From NCBI GenBank assembly GCA_002269645.1, contig NIVC01000152.1, positions 124,001 to 188,000 on the forward strand: a stretch of DNA of 64,000 bases. The letters are read 5' to 3'. This document shows, one piece after another, positions 12,050 to 22,582 of the stretch. Below the pieces are notes generated by a model, which was not told the DNA's origin, did not search any database, and was given only the letters and a program-made list of their open reading frames with translations. Origin of the DNA: Macrostomum lignano (Eukaryota). Position 1 is the first letter of the stretch. Each line of letters starts with the position of its first letter. The translations under genes and the position numbers were made by a program.

Positions 12050-13799
12050 CGAATTTCCGGTAATAATTCGCAAATCCCAAGAATGATAGAAGCTGTTTCT
12101 TAGAAAGCGGTTTAGGCCAGTCTTGGACAGCCTGAGTCTTCGCTGGGTCAGCCTCAATGCCCCGGCTAGACACAACGAACCCCAGGAATGCGACCTTGTC
12201 CTTAAACAGCTCACACTTAGACGGCTTAATTTTGAGACCGGCTTTTCTAAGCTGCCAGAGGACCAGCGCGAGATGCGCGATCATTTGGTCGTTGTTGACA
12301 GCCTTAATGATAATGTCGTCTAAATAGATGAGGCTGACCTTCATCAGGAGAGGTCTAAACACCTTGTGCATCAGTTTCGCGAAATTGGCAGGTGCCGTCT
12401 TGATCCCGAATGGTACTACCTTCCAGCGGAAGGTGCCTTGGGGGCAGGCAAAGGCGGTGTAATCTCTAGCCTCCTCTTTGATCCCTACCTGCCAGTACGC
12501 GGAGGTCAGGTCAAGGCTAGAGAATACAGTGGCCCCGGCAAGGCTGTCAAAAGATTCTTCTATGAGTGGCAGAGGGAAGCTACACGGCTTGATGAGCTTA
12601 TTGACGGCCCTATAGTCTATGCAAAGGCGTTGAGTGCCGTCCTTCTTCTTGACCAGAACGATAGGCGACACCCAGTCAGAGTCACACTCCTCAATGACCC
12701 CCTGTTCGAGCATCTGCGCTATGTTCTGGTCTAAGAATTCTTTTTGTGCTGGCGTGGTGCGCCTGTATGGTTGCGCAACAGGCTTGGCCTTAGGATCTAT
12801 TAACTCTATGCCCATCTCGTGTAAATTGGTGTGGCCTAAATCTGCGTTTGATCTAGAAATTTGGCTATTGAAGTAGTTGAGCAGTTTCAAAACGGTGGCG
12901 AGTTGGCCCCTAGACAATTTGGCTTGGTCTAGTTGGAACTGCGTTGTCAGCCATTTGGCTAACTCCCTACTAGGCGGCGGCAGCTTACTGAGTTGGCTGG
13001 TGAGGTTAGCTACATTGTCCAGGCTAAAGTCAGACTCCTTCAGGGTCGTCTGAGCTATGACCTCATGACTATCTAATTCCTGGAATGAGGCAATTTCTTG
13101 CCCCCTAGTTATCTGAATAGGCTGTTCCCCACTGTTGAGCACGCGCACTAGTATGTGGTTAGTATCGCTAACTGAGTCTAGAGTCTTGGCTACCAACTGT
13201 TCGGTCTCTGGTCCGAGGATCCGGGACATGACTATACCGGAGGTGTACGGCGAAGAGTCGAGGACACGACTGGGGATCAAGGTTTCCGAGTGCGGGGGCA
13301 ATTCTACGGTGCCGGCGGCCATCACTCGTCGGAGTTGGAAAATCCCCTTGTCCCCCTCAATGACTGGTACCGACACCCCTGCTACTAAAGCTCGGCCAGA
13401 GTTGAAGTCTAGCAGCATCTCGAAGCTGCGCAGGAAATCCATGCCTAACAGGGCTTCCGTGGTACAGTAAGCAGTGACTAGGAATACATGTTGTTTAGTC
13501 GTATTACCTAAGTTGATTTCGCAGCGTAGCGACCCTAGGATGTCTACCTGAGAGCCGCCGAAGGCGGTGGCACGCTGCTTATTGGCACTAGGCGTGAATA
13601 TGTTATTGACGGGGTCAGCTGCGACCAGTTTGGCTTTCACGTCAGCACCCATGATGCTGGCATTGGCGCCTGAGTCTAGACAGGCCAGAACTTTAGAGTC
13701 TCCTACTCCTAGCTGCACGAAATAGCTAGACTCAAAGGTGTCAGCTGTGTACCCCCCTTGTCGGCATTGTGGATCACTGTCCCCTGGCTGAGGTTGCAC
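12050..13799 (-). CDS. pol: Gypsy/Ty3 pol: aspartic protease + reverse transcriptase, truncated before RNase H and integrase
   Basis: LDSGA protease motif; RT motifs PIVLVKKKDG, RLCIDYRAVN, LDLTSAYWQ, VPFG, YLDD, FLGF, LSFLGFANYYRKFV; then an abrupt switch to MULE sequence at 12049. Confidence 0.95.
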
Positions 13800-15112
13800 A
13801 TTACAGGCCTTGTCGTGCTGGCGCCCGGGTCGACCTGGCGCTGGAATTTCACCCTAGTCCCCCTAAGGCGGTGCTGCTCGACTAGGCTACGCAGGCTGGG
13901 AGACAGTTGGCTAATGTGAACGAACAATTTCTCTGGCAGGTGCTCAGATTGGATGAACCCGTAATTCTGAGACCATGTGGCAATGGTTCCTAGTTCAGTC
14001 GTGACTTTTCCACGGCTGGGCTGCTGATTTTGGCTCCCCCGGGGCTGCTTTGGCGACTGTGGCCTCGGCGAGGGCGATGGACAGTCAGCGATCAGGTGAT
14101 CGGTCTGGCCGCATCGATGGCAAGCCCGCGGAGGGCGAGGAGCTGGCCTAGGTTGTCTATAGGTTTGGCTAACTTGTGGTGGGCCCCCAGTGGGCTCTGT
14201 GCGAGCGGGCCCCTGATTGGTAGTGACAGGCGGAGTGGTCTGGCTTAATCTATTGGCTTGGTCGGTCACCATCTTCTCAAGCTCAGCGACCCTCTGTTCT
14301 AACGCTTTCTTCTCAGCGTCAGGTTCTATGGCACGAACCTTGGCTATAGTAGAAGGCACGTTCAGAAGCTGGCGGACCCCGACAAGATCTTTGGCCTTCT
14401 GCATCAGCTCTTCTGCAGAGGTGGCACTGTCGGTTTCCTGATCCCATAAGAGGAGCTTTTCGGCGAGGTCCTTATCCCTCAGCCCATGGCAGAATCTGGC
14501 CTTGAGTAGGGGCTTCGCTTCAGCGAGCGAGAGACCCGCTAGTCTAGAATAGGAGACCAGTCTGTCGAAGAAATCAGACATCTGCTCATTATGAGATTGG
14601 GCGGCAGCAACTAATTCTACGTAGGCCTTGTCCTTCTTCTTGGCATCGGTGTACCTTTCCCTGAGCAGCCGAAGCGCAGATTCGAAAGGCAACTGGTCAC
14701 ACCGGTAATTAAGATATACCTCTTGGCATTCGGCTGACAGCAAAGATACGAGAATGGCGGACTTCTGGTCCTCAGGAACGCGGCAAGTGGCTAGATACGA
14801 AGTAAGCTGAGCTTCCCACGTATCAAAGTTCATCTTCGGCTGATAAGCGATTGGAGGGCGAAGGCGTATGTCTGGCTTCGCAGGCGGCGAGGAATTTGGC
14901 GCTAATGGCGAGGAAACAGCGAGACGCTCTTCGAGCATCCGGTGAAGAGAGGCTAAGGTTTGAGTCAACAAGAGTTGCTCACTAGGAGCTGGCGCGGCGG
15001 CAGCAGCTGCGCCTGCTGGCTGCTCGCCGGCATCGACTGCGTCCTGATCTGGCACGGCGGCATCTCCGTCAGCCAATGACGCTGCGGCATGGTTGTCCCC
15101 GTTGTCGGACAT
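13709..15112 (-). CDS. gag: Gypsy gag with CCHC zinc knuckle and cold-shock domain; probably one ORF with pol broken by a 1-nt deletion near 13825
   Basis: Capsid-like region (FDTWEAQL..LL..., RFCHGLRD); CHRCGQTDHLIADC at 14081-14122; GTIATWSQNYGFIQ..KLFVHISQ at about 13900-13996. Confidence 0.9.
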   Translation of the reverse strand: MSDNGDNHAAASLADGDAAVPDQDAVDAGEQPAGAAAAAAPAPSEQLLLTQTLASLHRMLEERLAVSSPLAPNSSPPAKPDIRLRPPIAYQPKMNFDTWEAQLTSYLATCRVPEDQKSAILVSLLSAECQEVYLNYRCDQLPFESALRLLRERYTDAKKKDKAYVELVAAAQSHNEQMSDFFDRLVSYSRLAGLSLAEAKPLLKARFCHGLRDKDLAEKLLLWDQETDSATSAEELMQKAKDLVGVRQLLNVPSTIAKVRAIEPDAEKKALEQRVAELEKMVTDQANRLSQTTPPVTTNQGPARTEPTGGPPQVSQTYRQPRPAPRPPRACHRCGQTDHLIADCPSPSPRPQSPKQPRGSQNQQPSRGKVTTELGTIATWSQNYGFIQSEHLPEKLFVHISQLSPSLRSLVEQHRLRGTRVKFQRQVDPGASTTRPVMCNLSQGTVIHNADKGGTQLTPLSLAISCS

Positions 15113-15499
15113 TGTGTAAGGTTGAGTGAGACAAATGAATCAAGCGTGAACGAAAATAAGGCTCCAGAGAAAACGAATTGAGGTTGATGACGCGAGAGAG
15201 ACGAGAGAGATTGCGTCCTACTAACAAAATACGTGCCTGACAGGGGCAAACCGCAAAAAGCCTATAATAGGGGAGAGTCCTATCACGCAAACCACCCAGA
15301 CTAACTGTCAGGCAATAGTCCCTACAAACAATCAGCGCACAGCGTAACCTGGCGTGGCTTGGCACACGCAGCGGAGCTATCTTGGCAGAGCGTAAGCTCG
15401 AGCTCAACGCAGTTGACAGCGCGCGTTGCTCAGGGCGACGACCAGCGACGACTCGCGGCGACGAGCGAAGACCGGCCGAGCAGTCAGGACCCCTGGGCC

Positions 15500-15950
15500 T
15501 GACGTGGCACAGGCTCTCGCAGCCTTGCGGACCGAACCTCAGGCGTGGCACAGGCTCTCGTAGCCTTGCGGACCGAACCTCAGGCGTGGCACAGGCTCTC
15601 GCAGCCTTGCGGACCGTCAGGCAGAAACGTGGCAGGCCGGCACTCAGTCACGAGCCGGCAGAGCTGAGCAGAATCTTGCTGACGCTTGGTTGCGAGCTGG
15701 CAGGGCTGAGCAGAAGTCTTGATGGCGCTGATTACGAGCTGGCAGGGCTGAGCAGAAGTCTTGATGGCACTGACTTAGTTGCGAGCCGGCAGTGCTGAGT
15801 AGGAGTCTCGGTGGTGCTGACTTAGTTGCGAGCCGGCAGTGCTGAGTAGGAGTCTCGGTGGTGCTGACTTAGTTGCGAGCCGGCAGTGCTGAGTAGGAGT
15901 CTCGGTGGTGCTGACTTAGTTGCGAGCCGGCAGTGCTGAGTAGGAGTCTC
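15500..15950. repeat. Three short tandem arrays in the Gypsy 5' leader (41 bp x3, 42 bp x2, 47 bp x4)
   Basis: GTCTCGGTGG at 15805, 15852, 15899, 15946; GGCACAGGCTCTCG repeated near 15506-15600. Confidence 0.85.
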
Positions 15951-15963
15951 GGTGGGACCTCCA
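15946..15963 (-). promoter_or_regulatory. Primer binding site complementary to tRNA-Gln 3' end
   Basis: Minus strand TGGAGGTCCCACCGAGAC, 17/18 to the known Gln PBS TGGAGGTCCCACCGAGAT, 6 nt from the 5' LTR. Confidence 0.85.
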
Positions 15964-15969
15964 AAATTA

Positions 15970-16792
15970 TGTCACGTTATTGGCGTAGCGGCCAGCTATG
16001 CGGTGACCCTTAAAAGGGCCGTTTTAGTCCCGAAATAAGTTGAAGTCAATTCTTGTAAAGCGGATTTTGTAGCGGAGCACTTGGCGATAAAGGCAGGAAC
16101 TGCCGTAGTTGTCTTTATTGTTAATATCAGTATTAAGTTTGGTTGTTACTGGCAATAAACAGACTATAGCTTTCTGGGCACTGGCGGCTGCAGCAATGGG
16201 TTGAATATAATTTGGATATGAAGTCAAGTGGCAGGCGAATGACACAATGGCGACGTGACGTGAGCAGTGGCTATGAGCACAGTGAAGGCAGTGAAACGTA
16301 GTGGTGAGTTGGCGTCGGTCGTGGCGTGAAACAGTCAAGTAAGTGTGTGAGCAGGCTGGCCCAGACAGAAGGGCCGTGGTGAGAAAAAGGAGGCTCGAGG
16401 CAGCCAGACAAACAGATAAGACAACTAAGAGGCCGCAGGGAAGGAAACAAGGGACAAGCGGGGAGAGACGAAAAAGGGGGGTGCCCGCCGCCAGGCGGGG
16501 GGTTTAATAAAAGAGCGCAGAGGGGGGTAGCGCGAGCACGAGTGATTTCATTGGCTGGCGAGAGAACTTAAAATTATCGATCGTGCCAATTTTATACGGT
16601 CGCGAGAGAGGATAGCAAAATATACAGTGAATTAGAAATTGCCACAAAATCGTTGGGCACTACTACAAGTAAACGTCGCAATAAACGAATGGAAAAGTTT
16701 AGTTGAAACGGTGAAACTGAAGGGTTGAATGACTATGGAGAACAGCAGTCCAACGGCCCTTTTCGGGACCACCTTAAACTGACAACGTCACA
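15970..16792 (-). mobile_element. Gypsy 5' LTR
   Basis: TG...CA ends, adjacent PBS, followed on + by TSD half TGAT and MULE sequence. Confidence 0.92.
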
Positions 16793-18170
16793 TGATGCAC
16801 ATATAGCTTGCTAGCTCGTAAGCGCGATGCAACGCGAAGTGCAATACCTGCATATAGGCCCGTATATTATACATGTTACATGTACCCAGCTCATGCATGC
16901 GTGACTGCGAATTATGTCGGCACTGTTTTGGTGAGTATTCCACTCACGTTGCAAATGTAAAATTCAATTAGCAGAATGTAATTTTCATTGCTATTAATGC
17001 AAATAGCTATTGTCCACAAACATTTCTGTTGTTAACCCTATACCAATTCAGTCTCTGATCGTAGCTGCGTAATAAGTCATAAGTCTGAATTACTAACGCG
17101 AGCCAAATATTGCATGTACATGTATAAGCCAGCCCTGTGAAGCGCAGGTGCCAATTGTAGACTCCTCTTGGCTTGGCACGCAAGCCTAGCACAAAAATAA
17201 CGCAACATTTGGCCTAATTTCTACACCACTCTATGCAACCGTTGGGATATGCAGCTTGGGTTAAAAATACAAACTTGTTTCGAAATTTTCAAAGTGACAG
17301 TCGCTGAGAACTTTTGATGTATTTAGTATTACATGTTACGTACATGTGCATATATGTATATGCACGCGTGGTACTTCTAATAACATCAATAAAAGCGTGG
17401 ACAGTTTTGATGAAATGCATGTAACCAATAAAAAGGTTATAACAGGAATTTAAATTACAACAAAGATGAATACTTAAATAGATTTACATACAAAATGTAC
17501 TGAACAGTTCGGCTCATAATCGCTCTATACCAACCATTAGATCGAGCATGTGTTCCCTAATAATATTACTCTTAGTAGTCATCACGCTGTTGTCAAGCTC
17601 TCGATTAAATCGGAGCCACAAAGATCCACTGTGGCGAGAGGTCCTACTTTTAGTGTAGAAGAGGCCCGATTGAAAACCCTGAGAAGTCCCATGAAAGTTG
17701 CAAACTGAACTATTTAAATGAGCGCTGCTCCACTCTCTGAAAGAATATCGAACACCTGCATGGGCCGCGGTTAGAGCCCCCTGTTTTGTTCGAGTGGGAA
17801 TGGTTGTTCGCCTGTTCATGTCCATGTCGGTCGATCCCCAATTCGAGTGGTCCTTAGCATAAATTGATTATATTGCATTCCATGGCTCGTAATCGAACAT
17901 CTGCATAGGGGATGAAAAAAGCGGGCGAACAAACAAAAACAACGGGATGGGAGGGCGGCCATACATATTTTTCTAGTCAGAAAATTAGCAGCAAAAAGCA
18001 GCAGCCTCACGACCCTTCTGTACATGGAAGATTGGCCGTCGCGACTGCCACAGGTGCACTCAGAACCAGATCTAGAGAACCTCTTGCTCCAAAAATAAGG
18101 AACTGGAGAGATCCATTTACGAGTAATGGCGACATTCACGTACATGTACAGTTGTGTAAAAATCAAGTAA

Positions 18171-20780
18171 CTAATGCGAAAACATGTCTTTGCACGTTGC
18201 GCAACAAAAACCTGGATCGGTCGACCCTTCGACGCATTCTGTGTGATACCAACGAAGACAGGAGGGACATTCAATCTAGAAATGAAGGGGTGAGCGAAAA
18301 TTAACCGCATTATGCTGTAAGCACAACTCGACTGCATATTCGATCGACTGCATCTTAAGCTGGAGTTCAATCTGTATGACTGCTTTAAGCAATCTGCTTG
18401 GCAAAAGTGAAATTCGTAGTTAAAAAAATAAAAAAAGGAAAATTACTCGTATTTTACCCAATTTATGCGACGACTAACGCCCGAAGCGTCAGGTTCTGTG
18501 TTGCTACAGGCTGAGCACTCTTCCTGCGTTCCTCCATAGCTGTAGGCCTGGATCACATTCCAGATATACTGTCTGTATCTTCCGAGAGCCGTCGGATTGT
18601 TCTTGAACCGGAGACCAGAACCAAGAGCTAATGCCCTAGCGTACAGGCATACAAACACTCCGCAACTATGACCATCAGATTGCATTGTTCTCGACATTGT
18701 GGCCAGCTCATATGGCTTCGATGTGCTGCTGGTGAATACCGGAGCGCTTTGGTCAACAAATGCCATTATTCCATCGGAAGCCAATATGCGGCTAGAAAGT
18801 TAACAGAAATTTTACAGATTTGCCACATCAGTACTTAAGTTCACTTTTATTTATTCTCTGGACATGTACACAAACTATTGTACTCACTTCCATTTGCGAA
18901 TTAGAACATGAAACTCTTGCTTCTCTTGCGCATTACGCCGAATCGAATCCAGCACAAAGACCTTTCGTTCAACGCCGCAAATAACGATCAAGTAAAAATG
19001 CCCGCTGTTTAAAATAGGCACGATTATTTGATTCAGGCCCTGCAACATCAAGAGAGCAAATAATTTTATACCTCAAATTGGTGCATGCGTAAGATTTTCA
19101 TTGAGAATTCACTACAAGTGTACAAATTTATTTTGCATCAAAAACGACATTATTGTTTCATTAACAGAACTTGCCTTCCATCCGAGAGTTCTTCTCAGCA
19201 AGTTCTGGACTCCATCGTTGAACTCATCTCCTGATAGATTCAATATGTAGTAAAAGTCGCCCTCACTTATTACAATCCTTTGGGCGTTGTTCGATGTGAT
19301 AGCAGTGCAATAGGCCAATAAAATCTATCGCGAGTAATGCAAGAGGGACAGGAAAAGATAATGGTGAAAATAGGTCATAAGTCAACTGAATTTTCTATTG
19401 TAAGTATTTACGTATACTTACTTAAGTATTTATTGTAAGTAAGTAAGTATTTATGAAAATACTTACCGTGTAGTCTAACAGGTTGCTTCCCAACAAACTT
19501 TGACGATGCTCTTGCGTTACGGGAATATCCGTTCCAGAGCCAGGAAGGGTGAAGAGAATCTGGCTATTATCGCTTTGCACCGTTCTTCCTTTCTGCCGCG
19601 TGCTCCTCTTGCTTTGCCACCTGCTTCTACTGTTATCTGCGGTTCCATTTTGACTGGAATTTTTATTGGGTCTGTTCCTACCAGCTGTGCATCCCGGAAG
19701 TTTTGATTTTGGGTTGCTCTGTTGGGACTGACTGCTACTCTTTTCCGTTTCGTCAGGATCGGCGACATTAGCAAAATACTGATTGCTACTAGTATCTGAG
19801 TATCTTGAACGCTTGCTATTTCTTGACCTTTTTTGCCAACCTTCAGTTGCAGCTTCTTCTGAGATTGATGACTTCCTTTTTCTGCAAAAACTTGGAGCAG
19901 GTACTTTGCTCGAGATGGTGCACTCTGAAACTCTACGAAGTACAAAGGGTACATAATTCTCTACGAAGGTACTCAGCCTGGACTTGGTGTTAAATCGACT
20001 TTTCACAGAAGAAAACCAACTCTCCACATGAGCATTTGAGTAAAAAGACTTTGAATTTTTAGCAATCAAATGATTCCATGTAAATATAGCCCATAGAGGG
20101 AGGATGGACAGGTATCTAAGCAAGAAAAAGTTTATCAATCGAGGGTTGTAGAATTCATTATCTGTCAGATGCGAATGACCGGTTTTATGCGCGAGAGTAT
20201 TTTGAATTGTGGTAAATTCCTTTTTAAAGTATTCGTAGTATGGAGAATTTTTCAGTATCGCGTCACCTTCCGCGTTCATACTTGCATGATCCTTGTCTTG
20301 AAGTATAAATGAGTCTTTGTTGATTGATTCGGAATACTCTGGAACATGGCCATCTCTCAGAAAATTTGCTACCCTAGTTCTAGCAGCAACGGTTTGCTCG
20401 GCATACGGAGATCCAAATATAATAAGCGTGTCCATGATGAAGTTGACGGATAGTTTTTGCGTACTGGAATACTGAATTAAAGAAAATAACTTCAAAAATA
20501 GCTGACGGCTTCGCTGGTTCAAGGAGTGTTTTTTGCAGTGGTCCGAAATTGACTTTATAATATGATTGCTACACAGAAAAACGCCATATTGAATCTCGCT
20601 AGGGGTGTCCGTAATAAAGTAATTGTAATGAATTTGGATGTACGTTGTCACGTCCGTGTGGTGGAAGTCTAAGCATGAATGAATTTGCGCCCATGAAAAG
20701 TCGGAAATAAAAAGAATATTTAGGTCAACAGAAAAAGGTGAGTTTACACAGTGCAGAATTCTATGGCGGAGGAGTTTTAG
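18171..20780 (-). CDS. MULE transposase C-terminal half + Ulp1/SENP-like protease + PHD finger (exons ~20780-19467, 19324-19175, 19039-18888, 18791-18458, 18275-18171); N-terminus missing
   Basis: ISDFSWA (D at 20700-20702), LCSNHIIK (CxxH), SNAHVESWF (E at 20022-20024). All four splice junctions keep the frame; one intron is GC-AG. Complete Ulp1 His/Asp/Cys triad and C4HC3 PHD. Confidence 0.78.
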
Positions 20781-20804
20781 AAAGTGAGAATCTATTACAG
20801 ACAC

Positions 20805-21535
20805 GAAAGCAGAGAGGAGAGACAAAGGGAGAGAGAGAAGTGGAGTGAGGAAAGAGGAGAAAAGATGGGAGAGAATCGAGAGCAAAAGGGAGAGAGGGGA
20901 AAGGGAGAGACAGGGGAGAGGAGAGGAAAGAGAAGAACGGAGAGGGGAGAGAATATAGTAAGGAGATGAGAGATGGGAGAGCAGAGAACAGAGAGATGAG
21001 TGGAGAGATAAGAGCGAGGGAGAGAGAGATGGAGAGGAGAGGTGAGAGTAGTGGAGGAAGTTGAGAGAGGAGAGATGATAAAAGGAGACTACAGATCAGA
21101 TAATGAGAGAGAGTATGAGGCAGGAAAGATATATTACAGAGGATTGAGACGAGAGAGGAGAGAGTAAAGAGATGATAGAAGAGATGAGAGACGAGAGCAG
21201 ATCGGGGAGAGTAGAGAGAAGAGATCGGAGAGAGGAGAGAAGTGGGAAGTGTCAAGAAAGAGGGGAGAGTGAGGAGTGAGAATTTATACAGAGGGGAGAG
21301 AGAATAGAGAGTAGAGAGCAGAGATAAATAAGAAGAGATAAGAGAGCAGAAAATAAGAAGAGAAAGGAGAGATGATAAAGCAATGAGAGAGAAGAGAGTA
21401 GAAAAACCAAAGAAAGATAAGGAGAGACAAGAAAAGATCGGGGAGAGGGAAGAAATAAAGGAGAGAGGAAAAAAGAGATGAGATGAGATGGGAGGGAAAG
21501 GATGAGAGACGATAGAGAAGAGAGGAAACAGTAGA
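20805..21535. repeat. Irregular GA-rich polypurine tract
   Basis: About 730 bp almost entirely A/G on the + strand. Confidence 0.9.
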
Positions 21536-21816
21536 GAATTGACTGAAGTTTCAAAGGAATCTAGGGACGTAGGGAGGCGCAGGGACAGAGGCCGGAGTTT
21601 GCCAATACTTGTTTTAAGACAGACATTGCCTGACATTCTTGGGCAACACCACAAGCCAACATGTGATTAATGCTTGCCTCAAATTCTAATTTTATACGAA
21701 CTTATACTCCACTTTTATTTTTAACTCTATCCTATAATTATTAACAAGTTCTGTGTTTGAGTATAACTTCATATTCTGGAACACAAGCAAAAGTAGTTCC
21801 GGCTGGGATTGGAATT

Positions 21817-22582
21817 CATATACAATGCATTATAAATACGAGCACCTTTAAAACCCTTGCCATTCCGCTTTGCGTGGTCTGATGGACTTGAAGTTTCACA
21901 AAGATGTTTGTTTTGTGTGTAATAATTTTTCTGTAAATTTTCATGCAAATCCGAGCTGTACAAGTGTTGCAAATGGGCATACATGTTATACACTGTGCGC
22001 ATATACAATGCATTATAAATACGAGCACCTTTAAAACTCTTGCCATTCCGCTTTGCGTGGTCTGATGGACTTGAAGTTTCACAGAGGTGTTTGTTTTGTG
22101 TGTAATAATTTTTCTGTAAATTTTCATGCAAATCCGAGCTGTACAAGTGTTGCAAATGGGCATACATGTTATACACTGTGCGCATATACAATGCATTATA
22201 AATACGAGCACCTTTAAAACTCTTGCCATTCCGCTTTGCGTGGTCTGATGGACTTGAAGTTTCACAGAGGTGTTTGTTTTGTGTGTAATAATTTTTCTGT
22301 AAATTTTCATGCAAATCCGAGCTGTACAAGTGTTGCAAATGGGCATACATGTTATACACTGTGCGCATATACAATGCATTATAAATACGAGCACCTTTAA
22401 AACTCTTGCCATTCCGCTTTGCGTGGTCTGATGGACTTGAAGTTTCACAGAGGTTTTTGTTTTGTGTGTAATAATTTTTCTGTAAATTTTCATGCAAATC
22501 CGAGCTGTACAAGTAGGTTTATTTTGTTGCATTTGTTAGAAATTGAATATCAATACGAATATCTATGGGGAAACAGATACGT
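21817..22582 (-). repeat. Right TIR: about 3.7 inverted copies of the 183-bp unit plus tip
   Basis: Reverse complement of 7469-8240; track ORFs 21769..22512 and 21816..22532 mirror 7539..8966 and 7519..9036. Confidence 0.95.

Larger units (their letters stand above)
7469..22582 (-). mobile_element. Mutator-like (MULE, foldback/Rehavkus-type) DNA transposon, 5'-deleted, carrying transposase-Ulp1-PHD and a nested Gypsy element
   Basis: Perfect inverted ends ACGTATCTGTTTCCCC (7469) / GGGGAAACAGATACGT (22582). Flanked by 9-bp TAGTAGTAG (7460-7468, 22583-22591). Long TIRs of 183-bp repeats. Internal ORF has MULE-like D, CxxH and E motifs. Confidence 0.8.

Noticed and set aside
13709-13853. Programmed -1 ribosomal frameshift between gag and pol
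   Set aside because: No canonical X XXY YYZ slippery heptamer in the overlap, and the shift splits the cold-shock domain; a 1-nt deletion explains it better.
8968-19050. Reading the 3.08-kb direct repeats as giant LTRs of a retrotransposed chimera
   Set aside because: No TSD flanks the 8968 and 19050 ends, there is no polypurine tract before 12049, the TGAT TSD brackets the 823-bp LTR, and the MULE gene continues seamlessly past 19050.
20761-21654. 297-aa Leu/Ser-rich membrane-like ORF and related ORFs
   Set aside because: Artefact of the polypyrimidine strand of the GA tract.
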